Below are positions 62,753 through 64,000 of a stretch of DNA of 64,000 bases, piece by piece. The DNA lies in contig JAUGWO010000150.1 of the NCBI GenBank assembly GCA_049724395.1, forward strand, positions 1 to 64,000, in the 5' to 3' direction. The stretch is from Spongospora subterranea f. sp. subterranea (taxonomy: Eukaryota). The stretch's first letter is position 1, and every line of letters starts with the position of its first letter. The notes under the pieces are model-generated. The model did not search any database. It saw only the letters and a program-made list of their open reading frames with translations, and was not told where the DNA came from. Made by a program: the position numbers and the translations under genes.

Positions 62753-64000
62753 CTAGGAGGCGTCTACGATTTCTCGTTCGGAAGCTGAATCGCTTGAAGA
62801 TTTATCCACATTGACTAGGTCGACATCATGCCGCTGGACCTCTTCCGAACCATCGACTGTCGAACCTTTGCTGAGCAAAGGAACTTGCTTGTTGGATATA
62901 ACCATTTGAAAATTCGTGCCAAGAGCTTCCAGTCGTTCCAGAGCGATATTCAACACTTGAAAGCGATGCTTGTAATCATCGGAGGAAGGACCGCCGCGAG
63001 GTGCTTGCCAGACATAGAAACCTTCTGATAGTCGGAAGCCGCAAGCTCTGAGGATGTCATCGGCACCCTGGCAACAATGCACGTTCTGCTCATAATACTG
63101 GCTTGATAAGTTGATCCGATGAAATTGTGTGCGATCGACCCCATGATTGAGCAAATTCTTTACGTAAATTTTCAGAACCGGCACGCATCGTTCGACAACA
63201 CTGGATTGATTGTTGGACGTAACTTGTTCGAATGCACTTTCCAGCATTGCGGTATGTCTTTCTAAGTCGAATATGACTGGGACGCTCGATGAAGCTCCTT
63301 CTAGTAATGCTTGAACAGCAGGTGATAGTGTGGCACGCTGTACAGCGGACTGGTTTGAATCAGCGGAACCCATATTATCTTTTGATAAAGTGTCTAATTT
63401 TCGATTTAACGACGTAAGTGTCTGCTGCATTTCTTCAGACTGTTTTTGTAGCAAAACAATTGATTCAGAAATGTTGTCGTATGACGTTGCTTCACGATGT
63501 CTGGTAACCGCAGCTAAAGTCTCCTTCATCTCTTGTGACTGTTCCTGTAAACTGCGGATGGCATCGCTTACATTATCTGAGGTTTCCACCTTGGACTTGA
63601 GAAATGAAAGCTTTTCGAGCAAGATACGCCGATAAACATATGCAAAACCACCACCTGCGAGAAGAAGAGCGGCGGCGAGGGCGCTGTAAGCCGGGAACCG
63701 AGACGATTGTTGGACTGGCTGGGAATAGGGCGGCTGCATCGGATAATACGTAATTCCTTGTTGCGAATGAGGAACGTATGCAATAGTTTGCGTTTGTGGG
63801 ATATTTGGATATGGAGTTGGAGCTGGAGCCAGTTGTGGCGGGCTAACAACTTCAGAAACAAGGCCTTTCTCAATCGCATCTGCATCAGAAGAACGTGCGT
63901 CAATTTTACGGAATGCTTTACAAATCTCTTCGTTAGTGAGTCCCTTTGATTGAAGAAACGACATTTTCTGGTGCAATGAAGCATTCACAACCTTTGGATC
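62753..64000 (-). CDS. PEX14: Peroxin 14 with C-terminal PUB-like domain (5' end outside window)
   Basis: DPKV.NASLHQKMSFLQSKGLTNEEI..AF (Pex14_N), Pro/Gln-rich linker, TM segment ALAAALLLAGGGFAY, coiled coil, then LKIYVKNLL..QFHRINLS..GADDILRACGF. Confidence 0.88.
   Translation of the reverse strand, partial: DPKVVNASLHQKMSFLQSKGLTNEEICKAFRKIDARSSDADAIEKGLVSEVVSPPQLAPAPTPYPNIPQTQTIAYVPHSQQGITYYPMQPPYSQPVQQSSRFPAYSALAAALLLAGGGFAYVYRRILLEKLSFLKSKVETSDNVSDAIRSLQEQSQEMKETLAAVTRHREATSYDNISESIVLLQKQSEEMQQTLTSLNRKLDTLSKDNMGSADSNQSAVQRATLSPAVQALLEGASSSVPVIFDLERHTAMLESAFEQVTSNNQSSVVERCVPVLKIYVKNLLNHGVDRTQFHRINLSSQYYEQNVHCCQGADDILRACGFRLSEGFYVWQAPRGGPSSDDYKHRFQVLNIALERLEALGTNFQMVISNKQVPLLSKGSTVDGSEEVQRHDVDLVNVDKSSSDSASEREIVDAS

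Overview
Eukaryotic nuclear DNA with short GT-AG introns and tight gene spacing. It resembles a compact protist genome, possibly a plasmodiophorid; that assignment is an impression, not demonstrable here. The left part (about 1-30 kb) is a nested transposon graveyard: a truncated Copia element, a chromodomain Gypsy element, three DD39D/Stowaway-type mariner pieces, PIF/Harbinger, a Crypton-type tyrosine-recombinase relic, pogo/Tigger and a MULE. Interleaved with these are a secreted GH16 glucanase, RNF10/MAG2 and candidate secreted proteins. Four separate fold-back inverted duplications lie within about 12 kb, reminiscent of hairpin-RNA 'killer' loci. The right part (about 31-64 kb) is gene dense: cyclophilin, a 55-aa secreted peptide precursor missed by the ORF track, FANCD2, an SLC35F transporter, an ABCF ATPase, a putative 7TM-pseudokinase fusion, ACSF3, VPS41, CWC24, a membrane pyrophosphatase with a Na+-PPase-like signature, a ~3.3 kb 60-bp tandem array, and PEX14 with a PUB-like C-terminus (5' end outside the window). 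Spans of multi-exon genes were read by eye and are approximate.
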